Shown piece after piece: positions 34,908 through 46,352 of a stretch of DNA of 64,000 nucleotides. Each line of letters begins with the position of its first letter. Positions within the stretch are counted from its first letter, which is position 1. Source of the stretch: Eukaryota sp. TZLM1-RC. Lineage: Eukaryota > Protista > Metamonada: BaSk clade. The stretch spans positions 496,001 through 560,000 of the forward strand of contig JAUPSS010000011.1 of NCBI GenBank assembly GCA_040285825.1, read 5' to 3'. The position numbers and the translations under genes were made by a program. Under the pieces are notes generated by a model. That model did not search any database, had not been told where the DNA came from, and was given only the letters and a program-made list of their open reading frames with translations.

Positions 34908-35639
34908 CTACTTTTGGCCTTTGAGTGTACGATAGAGCAAACAAGCGGCCAGTGCTTTACCATCAGCAGTGACAAAGGGAAGATCCTGCATTTTGAACAA
35001 CCTCAGAACAATGTGCTCACCATCTTCCCGTAAACCAGTTAGCTTTCCATCGAGTTCGTTCAGTTCTTCCTGACTGATTTCTTTCCTATATAGATAAAGC
35101 TTGATGTATTCGTCACATCCACCTGGAGAGGGATACATGCCAGGAAATGAAGATCCAGTGGAGTTGGTGACTTCCTTGATTAGATCAACAAGATGGTTCT
35201 CATCAATAGTTATTCCTGTTTCTTCTTGGACTTCGGCAGCAGCTGTGCCTTTGAATTGTCCATTTTCCAGCATTCCAGCAGGTATTTCTATAAATTTTGA
35301 CTTACCACAAGGAACACGGCACTGTTCCGTCATGATACAATACTCTTCACCATTTGAAGCATTAACCAAAACCATCAGTATAGCGACAGCAGCACCACGG
35401 CAAAACACAATACCAGGAACCCTGTGACCATCAACCGAGCAATCGGCTTTGAACTTAATAAATCCCACCTTGGAGGAACCAAACATATCAACGGATTGTA
35501 CGTGTAAGCCATGAACTTTGATCTCAGGATCGACTTCAGCAGCCCAAGAAGTTAATGGATGAGAAGAAAGTACTTTAGACAGAACATCTGATGTTATACT
35601 GGGATCTGCTGTAATATTAATGCTGTTAAGGTCTAACAT
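34908..35639 (-). CDS. Nudix hydrolase, ADP-sugar pyrophosphatase (NUDX14-like)
   Basis: VDMFG..VGFIKF, PGIVFCRG, EIPAGML, AAAEVQEETGI, YPSPGGCDE. Confidence 0.9.
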   Translation of the reverse strand: MLDLNSINITADPSITSDVLSKVLSSHPLTSWAAEVDPEIKVHGLHVQSVDMFGSSKVGFIKFKADCSVDGHRVPGIVFCRGAAVAILMVLVNASNGEEYCIMTEQCRVPCGKSKFIEIPAGMLENGQFKGTAAAEVQEETGITIDENHLVDLIKEVTNSTGSSFPGMYPSPGGCDEYIKLYLYRKEISQEELNELDGKLTGLREDGEHIVLRLFKMQDLPFVTADGKALAACLLYRTLKGQK

Positions 35640-35695
35640 TGAATGAAATATGAGAAAAATGGAGCACCATTTTCCAATTCAAAATATTGTATCTA

Positions 35696-36133
35696 TTAAA
35701 TAAATTTGATAACAAAATAAATAAACAAGCCCACTACTATAATGAAAGGTAGATACGTTCGCAGCCAGGCCTTAGATGAATAGTAAGTAGAATACCTCCA
35801 AGAATAATATGCTATATAGAACACAGACCATGATTGGCCAGTTGCGCGTTCAATAATTCTTTGCACAAAATGATGGCAATTGCGAGTAAACAAATTATAA
35901 AAGTTGTTGGAAAACTCTCCACAAACATCATTTAAAGTTTCCTGACACAATGGTATAGGTGTGGAAACAAAACGAACAGGTGATCCAAAGATTGATAATC
36001 CACTGTTGATCACACCAATCCAGTCAAGTTGATAGTTGGTGTCGAATTCATCTTCATAGGAGATACCTACATGTCCTATAACTGGTATGATCCAAGAAAC
36101 AAAAGGAATAGGTGTCCATGTCAACGTGAGCAT
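35696..36133 (-). CDS. TMEM222/RTE1-like membrane protein
   Basis: WTPIPFVSWIIPVIGHVGI and YNLFTRNCHHFV; first ATG at 36133. Confidence 0.8.
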   Translation of the reverse strand: MLTLTWTPIPFVSWIIPVIGHVGISYEDEFDTNYQLDWIGVINSGLSIFGSPVRFVSTPIPLCQETLNDVCGEFSNNFYNLFTRNCHHFVQRIIERATGQSWSVFYIAYYSWRYSTYYSSKAWLRTYLPFIIVVGLFIYFVIKFI

Positions 36134-36210
36134 CACAAATGGGTTTGGGGATTGGAATCCCAGAAGAAATCGTAAAGGAACAAGGTGGGAAATTCCCAAA
36201 GTAGACGATC

Positions 36211-37187
36211 TACTAGTAGTGTATTTTGTTTTGGAATTTTGTAGAAGATATCCTTTTGCCGAAAATCTTCTTGAAACTACAAATAGTTTATTCCTCGATA
36301 ACTTAAGAGAAGAAATATCCAGTTTATCTCCTGAATTATGGAAAACATGTTTCTCTAAAGCTATTCAAGTCATTCCAGAAGGAAGTTTGTTTTCATTGAA
36401 ATTTGCGTTGAAAAAACTTCAACGACATATTTTGAAAAAATATGAAAGGAAAGATTTTATTGTTCGATTTAGCACGGCCAAGCAAGAAAATCCTGCTATT
36501 GCTCATTATTTGATTGATTTGAAGGAGAGTTCATCTGCAGTTTTGTTGAATCAAATTCCCCAAATTTATGGCTTATTGATAAATGACGACCAATGGACTA
36601 CTGCAATGAGAATGCGTTGTTATCTGTGGCCCTGCAATTTGCCCAATGAACTATTTTGCATATTTGGAGCTAGTTTGACATTTCCACATTTCTTCAATTG
36701 CAACAGATTTATTTTTTATCGTTGTACTTTGCATCATGCAGTCAGAGATCAAAGTGTCCTCATTTGATGATGTCTTGAATGTTGTTGATGTCGTAACAGT
36801 GGATGTTTGCAAGCATAATGCCTTGCGAAATGCACAATCATGCAAACCCTTTAAAAGAATTGAAACATGTTCGCCATGCAGATCACCACATTTGCCCATT
36901 TGCTATATCGTTGTATGGACGTCTTGGAAAAACTGCCATGAATTTCATTGATGATTTTGAAAATCTGATAAAAAGAAGAGTAAATAAGCGTTTTGGTTGT
37001 TTGTGGTTAAATCGCATTGTTTTTACTATTTTCAAAACAATTCCAAAAATGATTTCGAAAGCTTTGATGTCTGTCAGTGCACATTACAAAGACATTGCTG
37101 TTGTAAGGTTTGATGGTGTGGAAGCTTGTTTTGAAGATATTGATTTCTAGATTGTAGTTTTAAAAATAAATAAAAAAATCGTTAAAA
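36211..37187 (+). mobile_element. RLE retrotransposon 3' fragment, subfamily F4 (C-term EACFEDIDF), inserted in the Fanzor C1 3' end
   Basis: MRMRCYLWP, HHAVRDQ, CPFAISLYGRLG, WLNRIVF; A-rich tail. Confidence 0.85.
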
Positions 37188-39212
37188 AATTTTCGTGTTG
37201 AATAATTACAAAAACTATCAACTACACAGATACTGAGGTCTTTCATGACCACTCATTCTGGCTTCAGCAATTGCAAATATATTCAGACAAGCCAGCTTAT
37301 TTCTATTGAAAAGCTTTGTTCAGCCCTTGTGCTGATTTTGCAACTCTCACTGTTACAAGCAAATAAACCATGACATTTAGTAACAGGAGTCTTTTTTCTT
37401 ATAGAATCTAAGATTGGTTACCCTCACAAACGTAGTAACCTTTTCAAAACAAACAGGACATTTTGCTGAAGTGAAAGCTTCATTAATCATCAATACTTCA
37501 AAACCATTTCTTTTCAGAAATTGAATACATCTAATAGCATCGAGTAAGTCTCTGATGTCTTAAGTTTTTAGAGCCGCTTTTACCATAATCACCCATTAGC
37601 ATTAATGTGTCTTTTGGGTTGCCAAAATTCTGAACAAGGCATTTTAACAACCAGTTTTCAGTCTGTTGCATGTGAATAAAAGCTTGCATTTTAAAAATGT
37701 TCCACAAGTCAAGACGGTAAAAGTCAATTGTCAAAAAAACTTGCCGAAGTTTGGCACCCACAAAGTTGGAAAAACCTATAAAAGTTCCTGAATTAGCAGC
37801 AAACGTGGATAATTTGGTGTTTGAGTCTTCGAATGTCATTTTGTTAGACTCTATCATTTGGTTCCTGCCGTAATCTACCTCAGTATATTTTGTCGTCCAT
37901 CGTTTTTGTTTTTCATTTATCCTACTTTTCAAAGACCAGGACATCTGAGTCATTCTGAACCATTTGTACTTCTTGTCTTGATTCATCACCCGACTTTTTC
38001 TTTACTGTTCAGTTTCATGTTCAGGCACAATGGCTAATTGTTGATTACCTTTGTACTCCCAAAACACAATAAATCACGTTTTCCAGGATCACAAACAACA
38101 ATTCGTGTGCCTTGAAAAGTAACATCATCAACATCAGTATATAAATCAGAAATACTAGCCTTCTTTTCTGGCTTACATTTCTGACCTTGTAAATCCCGAC
38201 GAATATATTCTACTGCAATATTAAATCCATCCGTGTGGAATATGTATGTTGAATTTAAAAAAATATCTTTTGATTGAACATCTGTTGGTTTAAATCGAGA
38301 ATATTAGACCAAAAGTCAAATTGCTCAGGTGGTTTGAATCTATGAACTTGGCCTTTGTATTGACCATTTTCAATCTCTGATTAGGCAATAAATCGACCAT
38401 CACTGTTTGTCTGTTATTTGTCCATAATGTTCTTGTATCAATAGTAAAATATCCTGAACCTACAATGGTTGACACAGGAGAAATATTATAAGGTTTCTTC
38501 TCTCTATTGGAGATATATTGCACAATTGTAATTGCTGCCTTTGGGAATATTTGATGATCTTTTTCAACAGCGTCTGCAAGAAAATGTATATCCACTGGAA
38601 TTATGTTATCAACTGAATTGTCGCCAGTGACCAAATTCTCAAATTGACAAGTAAATGGCTCAACAAGACCTTCAAAGATGTCTGTAAGTTCATTGTTTCT
38701 TATATCATGTTGTTCACATAAAACGAAAAATTCATCATTAAGAAAGTCTGCACTATTTTCAGGATGATGAAACAAAGAACTCAAGCAATCTTTATCATCA
38801 ACTAAAAACAAGTTTTTGAATTGACGAAGCCTAAATCTATATAGTGAAATAATGGTAGATAATGGCGTTGAGTATCCACCCAGCTTCTGCATTTCTGCTA
38901 ACACATTTTCCACATCTGGTTTGTCAAACAAACATTAATAAAACGATTGATTTGTTTTTCATAATTAATTTCAAATTATTCTCAAAATTGGCAAACATTA
39001 TTGGGGCCATATTCTCAGGTGATCTACTGAAGCCATCAGTTGGAAATCGTGGAAACTGTTCAGGCTTGTGTCTAAGTGATCAAGATAGCTCAATGTTTTC
39101 TTTAACTTTTGTTGCTTAAGGGTAGTTCTTAAAGTATAAACTTCTTCACCATAAACAAAGTCTTCAAAATCCTGTGGAAATGCACTTTTTGTTTTTACCA
39201 CTTTGCGCCCAT
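37188..39212 (-). mobile_element. Fanzor family C, near-full-length frameshifted copy C1 (3' end resumes at 36210-36186)
   Basis: FTIDTRTL, HTDG, IVVCDPGKRDL (RuvC-I), LMGDY, INEAFTSAKCPVC (RuvC-II plus Zn), HGLFAC, FNRNKLACLNI, ERPQYL. Confidence 0.88.
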
Positions 39213-39249
39213 AATACTGAGAAATAATAATAATAATAATACTCAGCTG

Positions 39250-39500
39250 AAATATAACGAATGCTTGTCATTAATGATTCATGTATTTTGGCAGATATTT
39301 GTGGTAATAGTAAATTGGTTTCATTGAGGGAGAATGAATAGAAAATGTACTAGGAAAAAAGAAGAAAGGATGCGAAATTGGTTCCCTGTGATGGATTTTT
39401 ACACTGTCAAAACAGTGGAAGTGCGATCTACTGGAACAGAGATACCAAAAGTGTCAAAAGTGTTAGGGCTGTTGACTACACAAGCGGATGTAAATCATAA
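39250..39500 (+). mobile_element. Fanzor family E C-terminal fragment (E2)
   Basis: KLVPCDGFLHCQNSGSAIYWNRDTKS (Zn finger end plus RuvC-III WNRD), in a frame not listed in the ORF track. Confidence 0.7.
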
Positions 39501-40119
39501 CAGTACAGCCGCTTTTCTTACTGTGCTTACAGGCTGTGTATGATTCAGAATGATTCATTTTCGGTGAATGAGTTTGGCGCAGATGAAAAATAGATCGTTT
39601 AGTGTAGGTGAAAGAATCGTTTGGTGTAGGTGTATTGTTTGGAGAAAATATGAAGAGATCATCGAACAAGCAGAGGTGCCACATCTGCGCACATGAGCTG
39701 TACTGAACGGCGAATGCTGTGTTGGCGGACTCTCACCAGATGCTGACACCTCTGTACATAGGTTTCAGACTAGGCAGTGAGTACTTGTGACAGTGGTTAC
39801 TACAGGGTTTCAGAAAACCTTCCAGTATTTGTAGGGGTCACTGTTTGTGCCAGAAGGGATAGTTCTTATTAGATAGTTGTTATTTCAGTCTACTTCAACC
39901 AGTAGGCAACTACTTCGGTAGTATTGATCATTGATCATCGAATGGAGTTGATTCACAAGAAAAAAGGTTGTTTACCTAAAAAAATGTTCTAGATTACAAT
40001 TCAATTTTTTATTCAAACAAGCTTGAAAAGGTCAATATTAATGTCAAAATTCACATTGTTGGCTATGAATTCAGTCAAAAAAGAAATAATTACTATAATA
40101 CATTTTGCAAAAATCTTGA

Positions 40120-43100
40120 TCAAGTTTTCTTGGGACTCGAAATGAGCGGGTACCGAAGATTGACCAACTCTAGGGCATCTTTCTCCTTCAATATGCATTG
40201 AACCTTGTAACTTTTGCAAAGTGCCCTGAGTGTTGATATTGAGGCATTTGATAATTGTTCATTACCATTCCTGGCGGTGGAGATTAAGAAATCAATCATA
40301 TCTGCTTGAATTATCGCATTCCTCCCTTCTGAATGAAGCCCAAAACATTTCAGGACCAATAAAAGAGCCTCGCAAAGAGCAACACCATAGCCATTTATAT
40401 TATAATTATGAGTACATGTTTTAAAAACTGCTGATTCAAAACATAACGAGCAAACCACATCAAATAAACCAAATTCTAGTAAATAAGGAATGGAAAAATC
40501 ATATTTGGCCAGTGATTTGAGAAATATTAGCCCTTGTAATAAAATATCTTCTTCAGTACAATTAAAATCAACAAAAGACTTCCTGGTAAAAATTTCTTTA
40601 AGTACCAAAAGAATTCCACTTTGGATTAAATGCTCAACAGATTGATCAAATCTCAGTAGAGGTTTCAAAACATTAAGGAGATACTTTAATAAAACATAGT
40701 CCTGGCAATTGTTGATACTCTGAATAATAACTTTAGAATATTTTTCATTTAAAAAGAATAAAACGTTAGAGTCCACAGAGAGAAAAGCTTCCAAAACTGA
40801 AAAATAGAATATAAATTCTTTTTGCAAATCATGTTCCATCTCTTGAATTGTCAGTGAATTTTCCTTAAAAAATGAGCATATTTCAGTAATATGAGATTCA
40901 TGTTTAATTTCAAGTTTACGGAAAGGAGAGACAGGATCTTTTCTAACGAGATTGTTAAATTTAGATAACAACGCTTGAAAAACGTCAATGGAAATCAGAA
41001 ATCTATTAATAAATCCCCAGTTAAGAACCTGTAAACGTGACTGCGGTGACTGTGACACGTCAGTAATTACTTCTAATTTAGAATTCAACTCAGTTGTAAG
41101 CAATTCTTTAACATTCTCCACAACATTACACAAATCTTGTTGAGAATCAGCTAAAACACTTATAGTGTTTGATAAAGATTCTTGATTACAATCTGATTCG
41201 GCAACTGATGTCGATAGTTGCTGTAAGGTTGATGATTGGTCACTTAAATTGTCAGAGAGACGTTGAATTTCTGTAGAAACAGTTGCTTTATGGTTTGAAA
41301 ATTGAGTTTTCAATTCCAAAAGTGGATTGATTGTTTCAGAAACCTGGATTTGAAACTCTTCAAATTTGGAAAACAGCTTTAACACCGAGGGAATGATACC
41401 TTCTAGTTCAGATTTTAAACCAACGACATCACCAACTGATTCCCAATCAGATTTGATTGAATCGAAGTTCATACATAGAGAAGAATTACTTTGGCTTAAT
41501 TCGGTCAAAATTTCTGAATTATGAGCGACCTCTGACTCACATTGACTGACACGTTCCCTGAAAGAGGCAAGACCTGACTGAAAAACTTCAAACTGCATTT
41601 TAAGATTCTCAAACGAATCTACACGTTGACCTATCTTGCGAATATTATCACGTAAATTTCGAACTTTTCCACCAACGGTGTTGACGTCATCTTCAAGGAC
41701 GGTCATGCGAGTCTGTAGTAGTTTTGACCTTTCAGAGCTCTTCTCTACTTTGGAAGTGCTGTTGGTTAAATCAGATGTCATCACTTTGAATTGATTGTCA
41801 TGATTAGCAATCGAAGTCAAACAAATTCTGACCTGGTCTTGTAATTTCAGAAGATCTTCCATCACTTTCGATTTAAATTCTGAATCACTGAAAAGATTAT
41901 CGACTTTACCAGAAAGGTAGTCAAAGCTTCTAGTCAATGAGTTTTCTTTTGAGCGGAATTCAGCATCAGAGACATCAACTTCATCAGTCGAAGAAATAGA
42001 ATTCTTGACTATAGGCGATGGATTAACTTCCTCGATTGTAATCGAATTTGATTGTTGATTGGTTTGATTAGAATTTGATTGATTAGCGACAGAACTTCTA
42101 CGACTATTGGTTACTTTGGGTGTTTCAAAAGGAGTTATACATTGTGAACTTTCTACCGAATTTTGATCTTCTATTATGACCTTATCAGAATCTTCTTGCA
42201 TTTCCTTCTCTAAATCATTAAATGCAGCTTCTGTTTCTTTTTTAGAGAATGTTACTGGTGATTGAGAACCTTTTACATAGAGCTCTACTACAGCTGACTT
42301 TCCAAGACTGTCTTTAGGTTTCTGATCTTGTTTTTGACACTTTGGTGATTGAGAACCATTTCCACTACTAGTTTCCCCCCCATTTTGCTCTAAATTTGAA
42401 ATTCGAAACTTTAAATCAGCAATTTCTTCTTTAAAATTCAAGATTTCTTGGCTAACGTGCGTTTTGAAATCTTTTTCCAATGACAAATGATCAACTTTGG
42501 AAGTTAAAGTATTGACAGACTGAACTAATTTGTAAAAGTCTTCTGAATTCTGATCACCAATCAAATTTTGACTGACCTTCCCTTGGTTGACTTTCCCTCT
42601 CAACTCCTGCAACTCTTCCTTCATACTTCCACAACGTTCCTCCATTGCCTTGTCAATAGCTGCAGAGACGATAGAGTCGAGGGACTGGTTTTCAGCTGGT
42701 ACATTGTCTAGTTGGTAGCGTTGAGTTAATACTTCGAACTGACGCACCAGAAAATTTCTGGAATCGAAAGCAATGTAATTAAGTATACGAGCCTGAATGA
42801 CTGGATCAGTGGTGATATCGTCTATTTGAAGAGAGGAGAATCGGGTGAGAAGGGTGACTGAGACGCGTAATGCGAGGGTACGGAGATCTGCATTGGAGCT
42901 CGAGATGTAGTAGGGTAGGTTTAAACGAAGAAGGTTCTTCGCATTAGGTCTGAAGCGAGAAAGACACTTTTCATGTGAAAAAAACTTTTCGAGATTAATC
43001 AGAGCTTTGACAGCTTGGGGAGAGGGAGCAGAGTTGCAGATTTGAAGTATTGATTCTAGAGATTTGTCAATATGATCTTGGGACAAATTGCTTGGAGAAC

Positions 43101-43182
43101 TGAAAGGATCATCAAACGAAGACAGTAAAGAATCGATAGCTTCATCATCACAGAGTCGCAGGGAAGTGACAGGTGTGGACAT
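40120..43182 (-). CDS. Large coiled-coil protein with ARM-like C-terminus
   Basis: 1020-aa ORF with long heptad regions and a helical-repeat-like C-terminus. Confidence 0.8.
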   Translation of the reverse strand: MSTPVTSLRLCDDEAIDSLLSSFDDPFSSPSNLSQDHIDKSLESILQICNSAPSPQAVKALINLEKFFSHEKCLSRFRPNAKNLLRLNLPYYISSSNADLRTLALRVSVTLLTRFSSLQIDDITTDPVIQARILNYIAFDSRNFLVRQFEVLTQRYQLDNVPAENQSLDSIVSAAIDKAMEERCGSMKEELQELRGKVNQGKVSQNLIGDQNSEDFYKLVQSVNTLTSKVDHLSLEKDFKTHVSQEILNFKEEIADLKFRISNLEQNGGETSSGNGSQSPKCQKQDQKPKDSLGKSAVVELYVKGSQSPVTFSKKETEAAFNDLEKEMQEDSDKVIIEDQNSVESSQCITPFETPKVTNSRRSSVANQSNSNQTNQQSNSITIEEVNPSPIVKNSISSTDEVDVSDAEFRSKENSLTRSFDYLSGKVDNLFSDSEFKSKVMEDLLKLQDQVRICLTSIANHDNQFKVMTSDLTNSTSKVEKSSERSKLLQTRMTVLEDDVNTVGGKVRNLRDNIRKIGQRVDSFENLKMQFEVFQSGLASFRERVSQCESEVAHNSEILTELSQSNSSLCMNFDSIKSDWESVGDVVGLKSELEGIIPSVLKLFSKFEEFQIQVSETINPLLELKTQFSNHKATVSTEIQRLSDNLSDQSSTLQQLSTSVAESDCNQESLSNTISVLADSQQDLCNVVENVKELLTTELNSKLEVITDVSQSPQSRLQVLNWGFINRFLISIDVFQALLSKFNNLVRKDPVSPFRKLEIKHESHITEICSFFKENSLTIQEMEHDLQKEFIFYFSVLEAFLSVDSNVLFFLNEKYSKVIIQSINNCQDYVLLKYLLNVLKPLLRFDQSVEHLIQSGILLVLKEIFTRKSFVDFNCTEEDILLQGLIFLKSLAKYDFSIPYLLEFGLFDVVCSLCFESAVFKTCTHNYNINGYGVALCEALLLVLKCFGLHSEGRNAIIQADMIDFLISTARNGNEQLSNASISTLRALCKSYKVQCILKEKDALELVNLRYPLISSPKKT

Positions 43183-44100
43183 CGGCTAATAGCACAAAAA
43201 TGTCAAATAGTAGTAACCCGTTGAGATTACTGGAATATGAAGATGAAATGAATCAAAACTCGAGGTCTTTCATTTCCTTTGAAATACTCATCCACAACAT
43301 GAATCATATCAAGAACAGCATTGACATTACGATTCCATACATATCCACAATTCTTGCAAGTGATTAATCTTTGTCTAAGGACCGTTGGAGTCTTTGCTCT
43401 CCTGTAATGTCTTGGGTTAGGTACTCGTTGCTTCTTTACATTTTCGCCTTATTTCCCCTTGAGTACACATGCCTGATATCTACAACCTGTTCTGTATCCA
43501 TCCAGCAGCAGTAGTCGGAAGTTACGTTTTTTAAACATCTTTCGATAACCAACTTTTTTTGTAGGTGCTTTTTGCCTAAAATTGGTTTGCTTCCAAACAC
43601 CCATCACTAGTGAATCACTAGAATGTTATCTTCTGGGCATCCAAACTTATTTTCAAATTCATTCATCCATTTAGCCTCAAACGCCTCTGTGGCCATGAAT
43701 CTTTGCAGTTTCACAATTCTTTGTTAAAGTCAAAAGCTCCAATATTGAGAGAAAAGTTTAGGAATTCTTCATGATCTAGGGTTTTTTTGAAAATTGTTTT
43801 AATTCTTCTTCCCGTTCCTTTACAGTTTTGTTTTGATAAATTCATGATTCTTTGCCATCCTTATAGAATTTTTGATGGTCTTTGTTTAGAGTTTCTGACG
43901 TGTTGGGCTGACTGTGCCATGATATTTACGTAATTACTAATCCTGATATATCTTATCTCCACAGCATTATGAGGGAAAACTTTGAGCGCACATCTAGTAT
44001 TCATTGACCTCTAAATGGGTGTACATCTAAACATTTAACAACCATTGTTGCAGTCTTTACCACTTGAGTTCAGATATCCAAAGCTGGTTTTCATTTACAG
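43183..44100 (-). mobile_element. Fanzor family B, copy B1 (C-terminal half plus 3' end abutting host ATG 43182)
   Basis: KLQRFMATEAFEAKWMNEFENKFG...KAPTKKVGYRKMFKKRNFRLLLLDGYRT...RVPNPR...LITCKNCGYVWNRNVNAVLDM...ERPR. Confidence 0.85.
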
Positions 44101-44139
44101 TCAAGAATTTTACTTCTGTTTATTTGATTCTTACATTTA

Positions 44140-44716
44140 ATGGGGAAATTCCCTCAAGTACACGATCAATTTTCGCACGGAATTACTACAAAAGCTATCT
44201 ACTACACAGATACTGAGGTCTTTCATCACCACTCATTCTAGTTTCAGCAATTGCAAACATATTCAGAGAAGCCAGCCTATTTCTATTGAAAAAGCTTTGT
44301 CGAGCCTTTGTTACTGTGTTTGCAACTCTCACTATTACAAACTAATAAACCATGACATGTAATAACAGGAGTCTTTTCTCTAATAGAATCTGGGATGTGT
44401 TACTCTCAAAAACGTAGCAACCTTTTCAAAACAAACAGGATATTTTGCTGAAGTGAAAGCTTCATTAATCATCAATACTTCAAAACCATTTCTCTTCAGA
44501 AATTGAATCCATCCAATTCCTGTTGATGTTTCAAATTCTTACAGCCGTTTTTGCCATAATCACCCATTAGAATTAAAGTGTCTTTTGGGTTGCCAAACTG
44601 GTGAACAAGGCTTTTTAACAATCAACTCTCAGTCTTTTGCTTGTGAATAAAAGTCTGCATTTTATGAATGCTCCACAAGTCAAGACTGTAAAAGTCGCTA
44701 CATCTCCATTTCAAGT
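44140..44716 (-). mobile_element. Fanzor family C, C-terminal copy C2
   Basis: High nucleotide similarity to 37190-37725; INEAFTS, FNRNRLASLN. Confidence 0.88.
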
Positions 44717-44730
44717 ACAGATTAAATCTT

Positions 44731-45266
44731 TTTTTTTGATGAAATGAATTTTTATTTTATTCATTCAAGAAATATGAAAACATAAAATACACAATTAAAA
44801 CCTTACATCCTCAAAACCTGCCTCCCCTACATGAAAACAATTAATTGCTAAAGATTCAGAAAATTTCCCAAAAGAAGAGAGTGAATCAGAAATTAGTTTT
44901 ACCATCCCCTTAAAAATAGAAAATACAATCCTGTTTTGCCAGTAAACACGATTGAAAATTCTTCCAGTTCTTTCCTTTACAACTACAACAAAATCTTTAA
45001 GGAAGGCCATATCAGCCTTACCTAGAGATCCAAGCAAAAGAAAAAACAAAGGGACATAAATTATATTGGGCATGAGAATTTTCATTAACCTAGGAAATGG
45101 GTTTCGCATATTTAGCAATTTTACATTTTTCGCCTGCAATAAGAGAATTATTTACATCCGAGTTAATGAGATGTTCCTTAGAAGAAATACAAGGATCAAT
45201 AGACATGGCGTCTAAAATATTAAAACTACCATTTAAATCAGGAACAACTAGATCACCTCTTGTCAG
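44731..45266 (-). mobile_element. RLE retrotransposon F1 3' fragment
   Basis: TSD ACAGATTAAATCTT at 44717-44730 and 45267-45280; poly-T tail on the + strand. Confidence 0.9.
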
Positions 45267-45609
45267 ACAGATTAAATCTTCTTCAAACTAATTATAATTA
45301 ATTATGAAACCCAACAATCGGCATCTAATCCCCAGAAAGGAACTGATACTGTGAGTTGTTTTAAGTGTCTTAAAAAGTGTTGTCGTCATTGTTTTGAAAT
45401 TTATTTTAATGTAGATAAAGTAAAAAAATTTTAAGTACCAAATCAATTCCAATGTATTTATTATGAGATTTTGGAGAATTGAATAAATCAAAAATACTAA
45501 TAATAAACTTGTGTTTTCTACTCTTAGGTGTCGACATATGAATACGCAATACAAAAATATAGGAAATAAATAAATGGTAATAGAAATAATGGTAAAAACA
45601 TGCAGCATG

Positions 45610-45759
45610 GTTGCATGAATTGTGACCTCGTCAGATGTGTTCATGATATTGTTTTTAAGAGTCTGCCATTCTCATTTAAGGAAAAAAGACTCCGATTAAT
45701 TTCATCTTCATCCTCCCAACGAGTTACTACTACTTGATATATCTTTGTGCTGCTAGCCG
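45610..45759 (+). mobile_element. Fanzor family B 3' end remnant abutting ATG 45760
   Basis: TTTCATCTTCATCCTCC..AACGAGTTACTACTACTTGA...TTTGTGCTGCTAGCCG|ATG aligns to the reverse complement of 43183-43256 and 57563-57636. Confidence 0.85.
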
Positions 45760-46239
45760 ATGTCATGTACAGAGCATCATGATCTTATAGCAGCTCTTTT
45801 GTTTGAACTTGTAAGATTCGTCTCGTATGCAACAGTGGTGCCTGATTATGCAGATTCTATTTTACATGAGGAAAACGTCTTTGCTTCTCTTCCAATATCT
45901 TCACCATGTGAGCTATCATGCCGTTGTCTCAAATGTAATAATGAATCTCGCATTGATTCTGGTGATACCCAATCCCCTGAATTACTAGAATTAGTTGGGT
46001 CCAATCCCTGCATTAATCGCTGTACACCTTTTTCGAGGTCCAGATCTATTATTAATCCACATTATGCTTTCAATCCCCTTCCTCCCATTTCAGTCCAAGA
46101 CTTGACCCCATGTCTTGCGGAAAGGATTTCGGAAATATCCCAACTGTCTTTACGTACTATGCAATCAGAATCTTCTAAATTGAAAAAAGGCAATGATAAG
46201 GTCAAATTGAAAAAAAGTAAGAAGAGTAAAACTAGTTAA
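45760..46239 (+). CDS. Hypothetical protein (Cys motif, basic tail)
   Basis: 159-aa ORF with no recognised family. Confidence 0.6.
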   Translation: MSCTEHHDLIAALLFELVRFVSYATVVPDYADSILHEENVFASLPISSPCELSCRCLKCNNESRIDSGDTQSPELLELVGSNPCINRCTPFSRSRSIINPHYAFNPLPPISVQDLTPCLAERISEISQLSLRTMQSESSKLKKGNDKVKLKKSKKSKTS

Positions 46240-46352
46240 TTCATCTTTTTCCATCAATCTATTATTCAGGAATTAAAAACCTAAAAGGGTTTTTCCATCT
46301 TTTTACCAACATGTACACTTATATTTATTTACTTATAAATAAAACCTCGTTT

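Noticed and set aside
36087-36767. GFGDW in this ORF as a Fanzor motif
   Set aside because: It lies antisense to the TMEM222-like start region and reads into a retroelement fragment; there are no other Fanzor motifs.
43183-43256. Shared leader as a retroposed spliced-leader relic
   Set aside because: It is continuous with a Fanzor C-terminal coding relic, and a second, unrelated leader (family A) behaves the same way.
43173-43367. ORF MSNSSNPLRLLEYEDEMNQ as a divergent gene
   Set aside because: It is antisense to the Fanzor end, and the frame is not kept in the 45690 copy.
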